A DNA stretch of 63,732 bases, the filler included, from Octopus bimaculoides (taxonomy: Eukaryota), in NCBI RefSeq assembly GCF_001194135.2. It is 7 parts of 7 records of this genome, joined end to end, with 100 filler letters (N's around TTAATTAATTAA, not from the genome) between each part and the next. Parts side by side here need not be neighbours in the genome. Positions count along the whole stretch, not along the records: positions 24,121 to 30,366 come from NC_069005.1; positions 30,467 to 35,227 come from NC_069001.1; positions 35,328 to 47,449 come from NC_068993.1; 4 more parts are not named here. The stretch is one strand, 5' to 3'. The position numbers and the translations under genes were made by a program. The stretch's first letter is position 1. Each line of letters starts with the position of its first letter. The notes beneath the pieces were generated by a model. The model was not told the origin of the DNA. It made no database searches and saw only the letters and a program-made list of their open reading frames with translations. Positions 27,286 to 41,237 of the stretch are shown in pieces.

Positions 27286-27877
27286 NNNNNNNNNNNNNNN
27301 NNNNNNNNNNNNNNNNNNNNNNNNNNNNNNNNNNNNNNNNNNNNNNNNNNNNNNNNNNNNNNNNNNNNNNNNNNNNNNNNNNNNNNNNNNNNNNNNNNNN
27401 NNNNNNNNNNNNNNNNNNNNNNNNNNNNNNNNNNNNNNNNNNNNNNNNNNNNNNNNNNNNNNNNNNNNNNNNNNNNNNNNNNNNNNNNNNNNNNNNNNNN
27501 NNNNNNNNNNNNNNNNNNNNNNNNNNNNNNNNNNNNNNNNNNNNNNNNNNNNNNNNNNNNNNNNNNNNNNNNNNNNNNNNNNNNNNNNNNNNNNNNNNNN
27601 NNNNNNNNNNNNNNNNNNNNNNNNNNNNNNNNNNNNNNNNNNNNNNNNNNNNNNNNNNNNNNNNNNNNNNNNNNNNNNNNNNNNNNNNNNNNNNNNNNNN
27701 NNNNNNNNNNNNNNNNNNNNNNNNNNNNNNNNNNNNNNNNNNNNNNNNNNNNNNNNNNNNNNNNNNNNNNNNNNNNNNNNNNNNNNNNNNNNNNNNNNNN
27801 NNNNNNNNNNNNNNNNNNNNNNNNNNNNNNNNNNNNNNNNNNNNNNNNNNNNNNNNNNTGTGTGTGTGTGTGTGTGT

Positions 27878-27918
<41 letters not shown>

Positions 27919-28325
27919 TGTGTAAGTGTGTTTGCGTGTGTGTTTTGTTTTCCAGCCGTTATCTTGTCTCCTACGTGTGCAATGAATGCTCGAAAATCCT
28001 GTAGGTAACACTTGGCATTTTTGTCTCCGTCTCTGCAAGTATAAATGTGTGTGTGTGTGTGTATGTGTGTCTCTGTGTGTGTGTGTGTGTATGTGTGTCT
28101 GTGTGTGTGTGTGTGTGTATGTGTGTCTGTGTGTGTGTGTGTGTATACATGTATGGGTGTGCATTGGTGTGTATGCACATGCATGAGAAGCTAATTAGCC
28201 ATGAACACACACTTACGTATATATATATATATATATATACACATAAACATTTGCATATATATAGACATGGGTATGTATGTATATATGTATATATATGTAT
28301 ATATGTATGTATATATATATATGTA

Positions 28326-28405
<80 letters not shown>

Positions 28406-29832
28406 GAATGAGAAAGCTGGTTGCATTTGATGTCATTTTAAATGTTACTGGAAAGAAAGATTTGTGGATTTGGCAGTTGATACGTCGAGTTTGTTGCTTC
28501 GGAGCCAGGATTTCTACGCGATTGACGTAAGACTGGGTCGGTGGTGTGGCGTAACGTGGCGTAGCTAAGGTGAAGGAATGGTGAAAGGAGATCTGTGTAA
28601 CGCCAACTATGTATGAAGCTGTGTGTAACATTTAGAAGAGGTGTGGGTATGTTGTTGGGGAGATTGTGACGGTGGGTTTCAGGTAAAACAAAGAACCTTA
28701 GGATACACCGTTCAAAAAGAAACTTGCTGATTCTAGGTGCGTTTTAACCTTTTACTTTTGCCTTTAATTTGTAGCATTCATTGGACTGCGGCCATGCTGG
28801 TGCACCTCCTTAAAAGGTTTAGTCGAACAAATTGATCCCAGAATTTATTCATGAATTTTTTGTAAGTCTAGTGCTTATTCTATCGGAGGTTTTTAACGAA
28901 CTGTTAAATGACGAGGGTGTAAACAAACCGGTCGTCAAGCGGCGGTTGGTGATAAACACAAGCACAAAGATACACACACAGGCACGCATACACAGATACA
29001 CACAAACACACTCGCATGTATATATTTACGATGGACTTTATTCAAACGCAAACACACACACACACACACACACGGTGACAGAAATTCTTTTCTACTCTAG
29101 GCACAAGGCCTCAAATTTTGGGGGAGAGGACCAGTCGATTAGATCGACCCCAGTACGCAAGTGGTACTTAATTTATCGACCACGAAAGGATGAACGGCAA
29201 AGTCGAGCACGGTGGAATTTGAACTCAAAACGTAAAAACAGACGAAATGCCGCTAAGCATTTCGCCCAGCGTACTAACGTCTTTGCCACCTTAAAAGAGA
29301 GAAATGTTAACTGCGTTGAAATGTCTGTTGAAGTAAAAGATGGAGAAAAAAAGAGAGAATGAGAGAAATATAAAATGTTTAGAGGAGGAAATTTTAAAAT
29401 CATATAATATATTATTGCGACTGGAAGTGAGATAACTTAGCACAATAGCGGTGGAGGTTATTTTCTTTTTTTAATTTGAAATAGAATTGAAACTAATCGT
29501 GTAAATAAAAACATTGTGAATATCCTCTATATCGTTTTGTGTACATAAATTGTATATAATATAAAGTAATTATGATAACATATTGCGTAATAAGGAATAT
29601 GCAATTATATATTGATTTTGTATTTTCAATAGAATTAAATACTAATGAATGGTATGTGTATTAAGTATTGAATATTGAATAGATTGTTATTGCATAATTT
29701 TGTATCATTTATTGCACCAGCAACAATAGGATTTATATGCAATAGAAACACAAATCATTTTTTCTTTCTTAAATAGCTCCCCTTGAATTTTTTCGTTCTG
29801 TGGAATTTCGATGGGTCCCGCTATATTTATCG

Positions 29833-29942
<110 letters not shown>

Positions 29943-29944
29943 AT

Positions 29945-30337
29945 AGAACTTGCTAGATAAATTCATGATGATATAACCCCTAACATCTGGCCTCCTAATT
30001 CCCCAGATCTCAATCCATTGGACTGTTACGTGTGGAGCGTTGCTGAGAGAAAGGTCAATGAACACGACCATAACACCAAAGATTCTTTGAAAGCTGCCAT
30101 AGTCAGAGTAATGTCGAAAAATGAACCAGGACCACTTGATTCGAGCATGTAGAGAATTTAGATCTCATATACAAGCAGTTATTCAAACTGAAGGTGGCTT
30201 TATTGAATAACATCACAGAAAAGAAGGTTTATTTTCATCCTCATAGCATTTTCGGATAAATAAAGTCATTAGCTGTTATTATACATCTGTTTCCTTATAA
30301 ACATAAATCTGTCCTCAAATACCTTATGCACCCTGTA
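29945..30337 (+). mobile_element. Tc1/mariner (maT/DD37D-like) 3' fragment
   Basis: 29961-30210 reads IHDDITPNIWPPNSPDLNPLDCYVWSVAERKVNEHDHNTKDSLKAAIVRVMSKMNQDHLIRACREFRSHIQAVIQTEGGFIE*. The SPDLNPLD motif is typical of maT/Bmmar1-type elements. Right end ataccttatgcaccctg|TA. Confidence 0.8.
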
Positions 30338-30469
30338 TTATACATACATATACATATATAAGTATANNNNNNNNNNNNNNNNNNNNNNNNNNNNNNNNNN
30401 NNNNNNNNNNTTAATTAATTAANNNNNNNNNNNNNNNNNNNNNNNNNNNNNNNNNNNNNNNNNNNNTAT

Positions 30470-30592
30470 ATATGGGAGAATTTACGAAAAAAAACAACAG
30501 ACGAGGACAGGTGGTGTAAACAACAAAAGGATGTATTAGTTTAACGCTCGGGAATAGAGAAAGTCTTTAACGTTTCGAGCTACGCTCTTCAT
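30470..30592 (-). mobile_element. Penelope-like terminal-repeat fragment (hammerhead-like, truncated)
   Basis: Shares gtattagtttaacgctcggga...aaagtctttaacgtttcgagctacgctcttc with 31996-32055. Minus strand ..UGA-A-GAGC[GUA]GCUC-GAAA-CG-UU-AAAG; the 5' part of the core is lost into (TA)n. Confidence 0.5.
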
Positions 30593-30830
30593 ATATATAT
30601 ATATATGTGTGTGTGTGTTTATGTATGTATATATATATTTCTGTTTGTGTCTGTGTACATGTTTGTATGCCTGTATATATATTATTATCACCAAACACTC
30701 ACACATATACACAGACGTACATAAATAAATAGATAGACAGAGAGATAGTCGCGAACGAACAATCATAATATATGTATATATATATATATATATATATACG
30801 AACAATCATAATATATATGTATAGATACAT

Positions 30831-30865
<35 letters not shown>

Positions 30866-31360
30866 CAAGCTCCTATTTTCCCTCCAAAACTGAAAGCTGA
30901 ATGTCGACTGGAAATTATGTGATAATGTACGAAGTCTACAGTTCATCGCAATCTCACAATAATATGCACAGCGTTACCTGGAACTTTGCTGATTTTAAGA
31001 TCTCTGTGTCTACTTAGATATGCAGGAGGTGCAGTTTACACGCCAGATGCCCGTAAATTTGTTTGTTTTCACCCGGCTCTTGTAATTGTTCATACGAAAA
31101 GATAACCGCAAATGTGTGCATATGTGGACAAATATGTCTATATATCTATGTAAGTATATACGTATGTGTATATGCATGTGTATATATATGTATATATATG
31201 TGTATATATGTTTATATATATATATATATAATGTATATATATATGTGGATGTTTGAGTCCATTCCATGCATTATCTTTTCGTACGAGTAACTAAATGCGT
31301 GTGTTTGCTTATGACAACATGCATTTAAATAGAGATACTGTAAGTATGTATGTATGTATG

Positions 31361-31415
<55 letters not shown>

Positions 31416-31701
31416 AGCGTGTGTGTGTACATGTATGCTTCTGTTTATGTATGTGTATATATAGATACATACACGTGATTTTTTAAAATTATATGTATGT
31501 CTCTCTAACTATGTATGTGCGTGTGCGTGTATGTTTGTATGTGTGCGTGTGTGGGTGTGTGTGTGTGTGTATATGTGTCCACACATGCACACGTATATGT
31601 TGAAAGATGCCGAGAGTAGAATCAAATTCATTGTGAAAATGAAGTCGACTGGGTCTTCGAGTTTCACCTATTCTCTTGAACCATGTATACGCACATATAT
31701 A

Positions 31702-31903
31702 CCGTAATCCTTCGACTATCGCGGGTGTTACCTTCCAAAATACCCCGCTATAGGTGAAAATCTCCGAAGTAGAACCAATAATGTATTGTATGCTTTTATT
31801 TTTATTTTTTTAATTTGTATATATTTATTTTATTATAAATGCAAAACAACACGATAGAGGAATCGATGTAAGCTTTAATAAGTAATAAACGATATGTGAA
31901 CTG

Positions 31904-31910
<7 letters not shown>
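31702..31910. mobile_element. Second copy of the Tigger/pogo-like MITE, without the 5S insertion
   Basis: ccgtaatccttcgactatcgcgggtgttaccttccaaaataccccgctataggtgaaaatc...ttattataaatgcaaaacaacacgatagaggaatcgatgtaag matches the reverse complement of 3118-3240 plus 3442-3522. The right end runs into (TA)n and a gap. Confidence 0.7.
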
Positions 31911-31948
<38 letters not shown>

Positions 31949-31958
31949 NNNNNNNNNN

Positions 31959-32150
31959 GGAAAGATGACGACAGGTGTATGAACAACAAGCAGGTGTATT
32001 AGTTTGACGCTCGGGAAAATGAAAAAGTCTTTTACGTTTCGAGCTTATGCTCTTCAACAGAAAGGAATACGTGAAAATAAACGGAGAGAGAATGAAATAA
32101 AAAGAAAACTTGTAGATTTAGCGGTCAAACATGGCGAATGATTAGAAAAA
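31959..32150 (-). mobile_element. Penelope-like terminal-repeat fragment with a hammerhead-like motif
   Basis: Minus strand 32064-32029 reads CUUU-CUGUUGA-A-GAGC[AUAA]GCUC-GAAA-CG-UA-AAAG. Related copies lie at 30470-30592 and 58404-58480. Confidence 0.55.
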
Positions 32151-32666
32151 GGTTTGAAAGCTGAGGCTTATATGTATATACGCTTATATATATATATGTA
32201 TATATGTTTATATATATGTATATATGTATGTATATATATATATATATTTATATATATTCTTTTACTTGATTCAGTCATTTCACTGCGACCATGCTAGATA
32301 GATAGATACGTATGTACGTACATACATAATACATACATAATCATGAGCGCGCGCGCCAATGCACATACGCACATACGCACACATATATACATTTACAATT
32401 GGTGATAGATAGATAGAGAGAGGGAGGGAGAGGGAGTGAGAATTGAGCAATGTTCATTAAGAATCTTCATTCATGTGATCTCAAAAATTAAAACAATTTA
32501 TTAAATAGCTCTTAAATTCTGATAACTTTATTCGTTTTTTTAAAACTCATTTCAATCAAGATTTTCGCTTCCGGCTGACCTCAGGTTATTCGTTCGCGAA
32601 ATTTACAAGTACAGAATAATTGTCTTTCGAGTAGATGCTAGTGAGAGCTTTGCTGCAAGCTAGCGA

Positions 32667-32840
32667 GTGTTGTTGGCACTCCGTCGCTTACGACGACGAG
32701 GGTTCCAGTTGGTCCGATCAACGGAACAGCCTGCTCGTGAAATTAACGTGCAAGTGGCTGAGCACTCCACAGACACGTGTACCCTTAACGTAGTTCTCGG
32801 GGATATTCAGCGTGACACAGAGTGTGACAAGGCAGGTTCC
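32667..32840 (-). mobile_element. SINE-like dispersed repeat family D, 3' part (a probable 5' part is at 7969-8085, + strand)
   Basis: GC-rich, non-coding block (gttggcactccgtcgcttacgacgacgagggttccag...) cut by a gap. 7969-8085 has a B-box-like atttcgatttcc and ttgagcgaaaacacc. Linking the two pieces relies on recall of this repeat, not on overlap in the window. Confidence 0.45.
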
Positions 32841-33441
32841 NNNNNNNNNNNNNNNNNNNNNNNNNNNNNNNNNNNNNNNNNNNNNNNNNNNNNNNNNNNN
32901 NNNNNNNNNNNNNNNNNNNNNNNNNNNNNNNNNNNNNNNNNNNNNNNNNNNNNNNNNNNNNNNNNNNNNNNNNNNNNNNNNNNNNNNNNNNNNNNNNNNN
33001 NNNNNNNNNNNNNNNNNNNNNNNNNNNNNNNNNNNNNNNNNNNNNNNNNNNNNNNNNNNNNNNNNNNNNNNNNNNNNNNNNNNNNNNNNNNNNNNNNNNN
33101 NNNNNNNNNNNNNNNNNNNNNNNNNNNNNNNNNNNNNNNNNNNNNNNNNNNNNNNNNNNNNNNNNNNNNNNNNNNNNNNNNNNNNNNNNNNNNNNNNNNN
33201 NNNNNNNNNNNNNNNNNNNNNNNNNNNNNNNNNNNNNNNNNNNNNNNNNNNNNNNNNNNNNNNNNNNNNNNNNNNNNNNNNNNNNNNNNNNNNNNNNNNN
33301 NNNNNNNNNNNNNNNNNNNNNNNNNNNNNNNNNNNNNNNNNNNNNNNNNNNNNNNNNNNNNNNNNNNNNNNNNNNNNNNNNNNNNNNNNNNNNNNNNNNN
33401 NNNNNNNNNNNNNNNNNNNNNNNNNNNNNNNNNNNNNNNNN

Positions 33442-33789
33442 ACTGGTACTTAATTTATCGATCCCGAAAGGATTTTAGGCAAAGTCGACCTCGACGGAAT
33501 TTGAACACAGAACATAAAGACAGACGAAATACCGTTTGGCATTTCGCCCGGCGTGCTAACATTTCTTATTTCTTTATTGCCCACAAGAGGCTAAACATAG
33601 AGGGGACAGATAAAGAGATTAAGTTGATTATATCGACTCCAGTGCGTAACTGGTACTTATTTAATCGACCCCGAAAGGATGAAATGCAAAGTCGACCTCG
33701 ATGGAATTTGAATTCAGATCGTAAAGACAGACGAAATACCGTTTGGTATTTTGCCCGGCGTCCTAACATTTCTGCCAGGTCCCCGCCTT
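33442..33789 (-). mobile_element. Head-to-tail dimer of SINE family B
   Basis: A full copy (33789 to ~33560) is followed in sense by a second copy starting at agaaatgttagcacgccgggcg and running into the gap at 33441. Confidence 0.8.
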
Positions 33790-34817
33790 ATCTTTATTAT
33801 ATATACTGGTTTCAAATTTTGGCAGAAGGCCAGCAATTGTGGGGAGGGGCTAAGTCAACAACAATGAAACCAGTGTTCAACTGGTACCTATTTTAACGAT
33901 CCAGGTAGGATGTAAGGGAAAGTCGACCCTGGCGGAATTTGAACTCGGAACGTAGTCATTATGCTCAGTGTGCTGACAATTCTCCTTGTTCTCCGCTGTA
34001 CATACTTAACACATACTGATGCCAATTTAACGGTCTCTAACAACGTAGAGTTGATAGTTTATTAAATAAATTGTTGTTATGCTTTAAATCCATATCAATC
34101 TAATCGAATTGACAGTCAATAAGGTTGTCTTTTAAACGTAGAAAAATGCCCCGTTGATGTTGTTGAAATTCCAGTGAAAGAGGCTTGGATCTAAGCTAGA
34201 AACCGACTGTTTCTCTATTGGCAAGAAATCTAGAAATAAAACTGAGTAAAGAAATATATACATAGATAGATAAACTTAGATACATACATTCATACATACA
34301 CATGCATATATACACATATACATACACTCAAACACGCACATACATACATACATACATACTCATACAGACACACACATACACNNNNNNNNNNNNNNNNNNN
34401 NNNNNNNNNNNNNNNNNNNNNNNNNNNNNNNNNNNNNNNNNNNNNNNNNNNNNNNNNNNNNNNNNNNNNNNNNNNNNNNNNTACATACATACTCATACAG
34501 ACACACACATACACATGCATACAGACACATACACATACATGCAGACACACACACCAGACATACATATACACGTATATATATGCATACATACATGCACAAG
34601 ACATGAAGTAATATATATCTAATCATTATAATCTCATGACTCGCACCCCCGCTACTCAGAGTTCGTTCCTATGTGCCTTTCCCTTTTGCAGCCTGAAGGA
34701 AAACGCATTTTGAGATACTCCGAGTTGCAACAGTATGAATCATCACTTTCGGACGAATAGATAACTTCTGCATGTATTTCAGTACGTTGTTCTCGTTTGT
34801 ACATTGAAAAGATTGTA

Positions 34818-34893
<76 letters not shown>

Positions 34894-35327
34894 TAATTGT
34901 TTTTATTTAAGTTTAATTATGAAGGGGGTTAGAACAGTGTCTTGAGAATTAATTACCACGGTAAACGTCTGATTTTTATTCCCTCAATAAAATTGCTTTT
35001 CAAAGCCACCCCCCTCTTCACTCCACTCCATTCCTGACCCCGATCTCTCTCCCTCCCTCTTTACCCAGTTTCCCTCCATTTCTCTTTCGTTCTCTTTCCC
35101 CTCTCTTTCTCGTTCTTTGTTTTTATATCTATCTTGTTGATGTTGTTGTTGTTATCGTTGCCGCTGTTGCTTTTCTTTCTATTATCTCTTTCCTTCACAT
35201 ATTTGCCGTAAGAGACAAAGTTAATTANNNNNNNNNNNNNNNNNNNNNNNNNNNNNNNNNNNNNNNNNNNNTTAATTAATTAANNNNNNNNNNNNNNNNN
35301 NNNNNNNNNNNNNNNNNNNNNNNNNNN

Positions 35328-35370
<43 letters not shown>

Positions 35371-35561
35371 GCATATATATGTATATATATGTATCTATAT
35401 ATATAAGTATATATGTATGTATATATGTATATATATGTGTATATGTATGTATATATGTATATATGTATGTATATGTATGTATATGTTTATATATGTATGT
35501 ATATGTATGTATATGTGTATATATGTATATATGTATGTATACGTACATATATGTATATACA

Positions 35562-36337
35562 CGACGGTGGGCTGAAAATTTTATAAGCTGGCTAAGAAGG
35601 AGTTATCATACAGTAATTAAACTTGGAATGCATTTTTTGTTTCCTGTTAAACCCATATTTGATATAAAATTGTGGACTTGGAAAAGTGGTACTAGAGACA
35701 TTTCGTGAAAATCGTAGTGTTATCAAATATCTGCAGAAAATTGGTTAGCCCCTCAGGACATTCATGCTGAAATGGTTTCTACATTAGGGAATGATGCTCC
35801 AGCTGTATCAACTGTGCAAAAGTGGGCAACTGAATTCAAGAGTGGTAAGGAGAATCTTGAAGTTCACCCAAGGTCCGGACGTCCTGCCGCAACCACCACG
35901 CAAGGAAACATCGACTGTGTTCACCATATGATGATGGATTACTGTTGTTAATCAGATTAAGGGTGACCTGCTTCACCAGGACAATGCTCCAGCACACAAA
36001 TCTGTGGTTGTAATGGCTGATGTGCTTGACTGTGGCTTTGGACTGGTTGATCACCCTCCATATTCTCCTGATTTGGCACCGTCTAACTATTTTCTGTTTC
36101 CCCCAACATGACAAAACACTTGGCTGGGAAGCAGGAATGGAATGAAGTTATTCTGCTGTTGAGGACTCTTTTTGAGGGTCAGGATGAGAGCTTCTATACT
36201 ATGGGAATCGAAGCGCTGCAACACCGATGGAAGAAGTGTAAGGACCGCAGAGGAGACTATGTCGAAAAATAAAACAAATTTGGCCAAGTTCGACCATTGA
36301 ATCGTGGTCAGCCGATGAACTTTTCAGCACACCCACG
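35562..36337 (+). mobile_element. Internally deleted mariner element
   Basis: Imperfect TIRs (cgacggtgggctgaaaa / ttttcagcacacccacg|TA). N-terminal HTH ...DAPAVSTVQKWATEFKSGKENLEVHPRSGRP is joined directly to LLHQDNAPAHKS...HPPYSPDLAPSNYFLFP...GIEALQHRWKKCKDRRGDYVEK*. The first catalytic-D region is missing. Confidence 0.9.
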
Positions 36338-36737
36338 TATATATACGTACATATATATGTAAATTTGTATGGAAAGAGGTTGTTCTTTCCTTGGGATTAA
36401 TTTTATCCAAGCGTATACCAGTTTCGCTCTCTATCGAATAACGATATTGGAAGTTCTATATGTGTATATGTATTAGTGTTTATCGTTGATTCTTTTATAT
36501 TTTATATTTCTGTTGTCTCAATTCCAGTTTTCTCTATAGAGGTTTCCATTATTTTCAATATACGAGAAACAAATTTTAACAATATAAAGAAAAATGGAGA
36601 ATACATACATAGGATAATCAATTTACTTATTAATTTTCAGACTTAATTCAAATTGCACACGCGGCGTTTCATTTTGTTGCTCCATTCCTATGTATGGTGT
36701 TCTCCAGTTTTCTTTATATTGTATATATACGTATATG

Positions 36738-36811
<74 letters not shown>

Positions 36812-37100
36812 TGTGTGTGTGTGTGTGCGTGCGCGTGCGTGTGTGTTTGTACGTATGTATATGTGTATGTATATGTATAGTGTATGTATATATATATGTG
36901 TATGTATATCTATATGCGCGTGTATGCACACATGCATATATGTATGTGTATATATATATATAATCAAATTAAAACATAGGGTAAAAAATCAGATATTAAT
37001 TAATATCGATTTATTACCAGGATGCCAGCACATTGAAAGAATAAGAGAAATTCAGAAAAGATATCTGAGATCTCAAGGAATTAATGTATATTTATATATA

Positions 37101-37441
37101 ACGACGACCACTAGGTGGACTGTTAATGTGCTAGAAGAAGATCACATGTACCGTGTTTACTAAGACCTAATAGTTCTCAAATGGCTTCAAATACATGTAT
37201 AGAGTTCTGAGAATTATACCTTCCGTACAGGTCGTGCTGACGAGAAACAGATATTTTCGGTAAGAGAATATTAATTTCGAAACTAGTACACGAATAATAT
37301 TTTTTAATTTATGTAATTTTCACCGTCTTGCCGGCATACGGTTTGGTATTTCACTGAATTTCATTTGAGAACTATTTGGTCTTAGTAGACACATTACATG
37401 GGATCTTCTAGTATATTAACAGTCCACTTAGTGGTCGTCGT
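37101..37441. mobile_element. Foldback MITE with ~85-95 bp TIRs inside (TA)n
   Basis: 37101-37184 (acgacgaccactaggtggactgttaatgtgctagaag...tagttctcaaatgg) is the reverse complement of 37362-37441 with few mismatches; TA lies on both sides. Confidence 0.8.
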
Positions 37442-39045
37442 TATATATATATATATAGTTTCGTTATTTATCTGTAGTTTGTTGACACGTCTGTGCTAAG
37501 ACATCCGAGCATGTTCCCCAGTCTACTCAAGATCGATATCTTATTGCTGATGTGTTTGTAGACTGTAAGAGTGGTATTGTGTTGTGCAAGTGATTGCTGT
37601 GGTGCTTCTGTTGTTGGTATAGCTCCTGTAGCCTTTTTTCATTCAGGTTCTTGTGTTTAAATTTGTGATTGTTACATGATGGTGGTTTATTATAATTCTT
37701 GTTGTTACTGTTGTTCTTATATTGACTTTCGCTAATCTAAGAGGCAGTTGTAGCTCTTAAGTGATATTTCGAATCACAAACCAAATATTTGGGTTTCCTA
37801 TCTATTAAACCCTTTCAACAGTGCTTCTATAGAATATACCTATATATAAACTTACCACGAGTAATCATATGGTCAAATTTACCATTTTGACACACATTCA
37901 CTATTTGAGTTTGCATGTATTTTAACGAGTAAAAATTCCAGATTGCGTGACTCATTACCTCTACCTCTGTTTTAAAAGGTGCAATATAGTAATTTTATCA
38001 AACAATTTACCTATAAGGAAATGTGAAAACAGAATGGCAGATATATTTTGCATATGTGTTTATATTTCTTAAAAAATGCATTTATATGTATCTAAATTAT
38101 AGATATAGGCAACACTTCAACGTGAAAATTTAAAATTTCAATGATTTTAATATGCAGTGTGATGTGGTGAAACTGACATTAATGGGTAATTCGCTACTTC
38201 AAATAAATTAAGTGCAATTAATGTCATCAGAGCATCTCTATAACTAAAATATTGTACATTAATTACCCACAGAAAGTGGAGAAAGAAATGAGATTCTGGA
38301 GAGTGATAACTTGACTCTCAGTTTATGAAATTTTGCTCTACTTATAGGCGTAATAGGAAATTTAAAAGTTAAATATAGTGACACTTATGTGACAATACTT
38401 AATTTTATTGTTCCACTAAAAATAAATAGATTCCTCATTTCTAAACAACGTCAATATATATATATCGATATAGAACAAATATATAAAAATCTGGTATGAC
38501 AAACCTGTGATGCAATTTCGATTTCTGGTTCCACTGATTACATTTATGCAGGTAATGATTTTCAGAAATGTCTGAACATTACAATAAGCCGTTCCACAAC
38601 GTCTTTAAGAAATACATTCTAGTACATTGTCAATATGAAGCTGATGTTTTATATTTGTTGGTATTTATTTCAGAGGGCGCGTGGAACAAGATCATGAATG
38701 TCATGATTACAATTGATTGAGGTTCACTATTGAAGCGAGATAATGTCCTAAATACACTATGGAAAGGCATGCACGATACAGATTCCGCTCACTGCTCGCT
38801 GAGGCCCTAAAATATTGTGTTTTAGTTCCTAATCAATAAGAAAATAATAATTAATGATGTCTAATTTAGATTAAAGGGAAAATGAAACTAAACAAAAATA
38901 TCATTCATTATTAGTCGACATTTAAAAGGACTGCGGCATGAGGCTACTTATTTCGAAGGAAAAATATCCACTACACAGAGCAAAGTACTTATTTGATTGG
39001 CATTTTAACTTAAAAAAGACAAAGATGACTTCTGAAGAATTGTGT

Positions 39046-39077
<32 letters not shown>

Positions 39078-41237
39078 GGGAGGGAGAGAGGGAGACGGAG
39101 AGAGGGAGACGGAGAGAGGAAGAGGGAGAGAGGGAGAGGGAGAGAGGGAGAGAGAGAGAGAGAGAGAGTGTGTGTGTGTGTGTGTGTACGACAGTATTAA
39201 GCCTGTACTATGCCTTTCATCTTTCTGGAATCGATAAAATGAATTACAAGTCAAGTACTGGAGTCCCTTTTATCAACCATATACCTTCCCTCACAATCTT
39301 TGTGTCCTTATTTCCATGTTTGGAAACCATTATAAATAATCAATAGGGCCTTTTCATCCCCATAAATTACTGAAACTTTTTCACTTCAAAAATTAGAAAA
39401 ATTTGTTCAAAAACAGTATTATTTACTTTAAGCCATTGATTCTAGTTTTCCGGTAACCGTTACATTAGTGAAGTTATAAAACCACAGTTGTTTAATTATT
39501 TAAATTGAAAGCCCAACATTTAAAAAAAAAAATTTAATATGAAAGACATGATTTTTATAAATAGGTGAAATGAAATATGAGATGTGTATTTATTCTGGTT
39601 CTGGTTGACGCTGTTCTTCTTTAGCTCGAAGTCGCTCTCATTGCTAAGAGTTCCGCTTGTGATCATCCCGTGTTTTTACATAGCTCTCACTATATCGTCT
39701 AATATATCATTCCTTTTTTTTTAACATTATGGAAATAAGTTAAAATGATTTGGTTGCTACTTCCTGCAAGTAGAACCATCACATAAACACTCTTTCGTTG
39801 GATCCGTATGCTTGTAGTGCAGGAAAGTGGTGGTATTAATGCCTTTCCAATGGCACCAACCATGGACTGAAACTTGGTTACAGGTTTGTCTTACTGAAAT
39901 ATATTTTATGACCTACAGCTGTCCTCAGTTAATACTGAAATACTATGACACAGTAGTAGTAATAGTAATTGGGGTTGGTCAGATTTACCTAACTTCTTAA
40001 GATTATATTGCTAATATACCAACAAAAAACGTATTTATACTTCAATGCAATATCTATTATAGATTTGTTTTTGGTATTTTATGGTGTTTCATTTCGTTTT
40101 TGGAATGAAGTCAATCTCAAAAAATAAAGCCATTTAACAAACTCTTTAAAAGCAGTTTTTTTCGTAAAATTTTAATTTTAGTGATATGAATAACCAAACA
40201 ATCTATAGCAATAAAGTTTTATAGGTTTAACGCAATGGCCCAAATTTCTAGTATCGATGTATCGATACTCAAATAAATGAAAATCAAAGTCTATCTTGGC
40301 TTATGGAAAATAATGGAAACCTCTAAATTCAGAGGGACATCCACCACGTTTTTACCAAATAATGCCCATAATAATTGGTTTACTTATTGACCATCAGGGA
40401 CTATACTGACACAATGTGTTACGAAAAGTATTTAGAGGATACCTGGGTGTATAAAATGTAGTAAAATCGATCCCACTGATGCAAGTGCACTTGATCAGAC
40501 AATACTCGAATTTGAACAATGTAAATGGCTCCAAATAAATAACGCTAGACGTTGTGTTCTGTGCTGCAGGTAATCTACCAATTACCGATTTTTACAACAA
40601 TTGTTTCTTATAAAGGAACAAAGCCAAACTTGGTGAGAAATGGACCAGTCGATTAAATCGACCATAATAATTGACCGGCAATTTACTTTACTGACATCGA
40701 AAGGAAGAAAGGCAAACTTGACCTCAGTGATATTTGAACACATAATGTAATGCCCCAGAGCAAATACACATACTATAATTAGAATTCTAGTTAGAAACAT
40801 CGACAAAATAATCTCTAATTTATCGGTATAAAGAGAGTCACACACCGTTTTAATAAGGCAGTAGCGCAGCATGATTGCACCGAGAAGTTAATGTATAGTG
40901 AACTTAGAGAAAAACAATCTGCGTAAATCCTCCATTCAATCTACATGCCTCCACAAATATGACTAGGAGCTTTCGATCCCTAGTTACACAGAATTCCCTA
41001 AAGACAAATAGGTTCTACAAACAGTTTGATACCCATAGGGTCAAGATTAGCTATTAATGTTTAGTCTACACTTTTCGAAGGAAAGTAAAAGTTAATGCAG
41101 AATAGAATGAAAATAGTGCACGTGTTTCAATTAATAAATGTAACTCACCGAGCTAAAATACATGTATTTCGTTATATTATTTCAGCTGTGATCCATTGAT
41201 AATGACAGATAACACTTATTATTTTGTATATTTGCAG

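Noticed and set aside
27956-28006. Apparent AG...GT-bounded micro-exon (VILSPTCAMNARKSC)
   Set aside because: Lacks the Cys-loop FP/YP-x-D-x-Q-x-C signature and the expected exon length.
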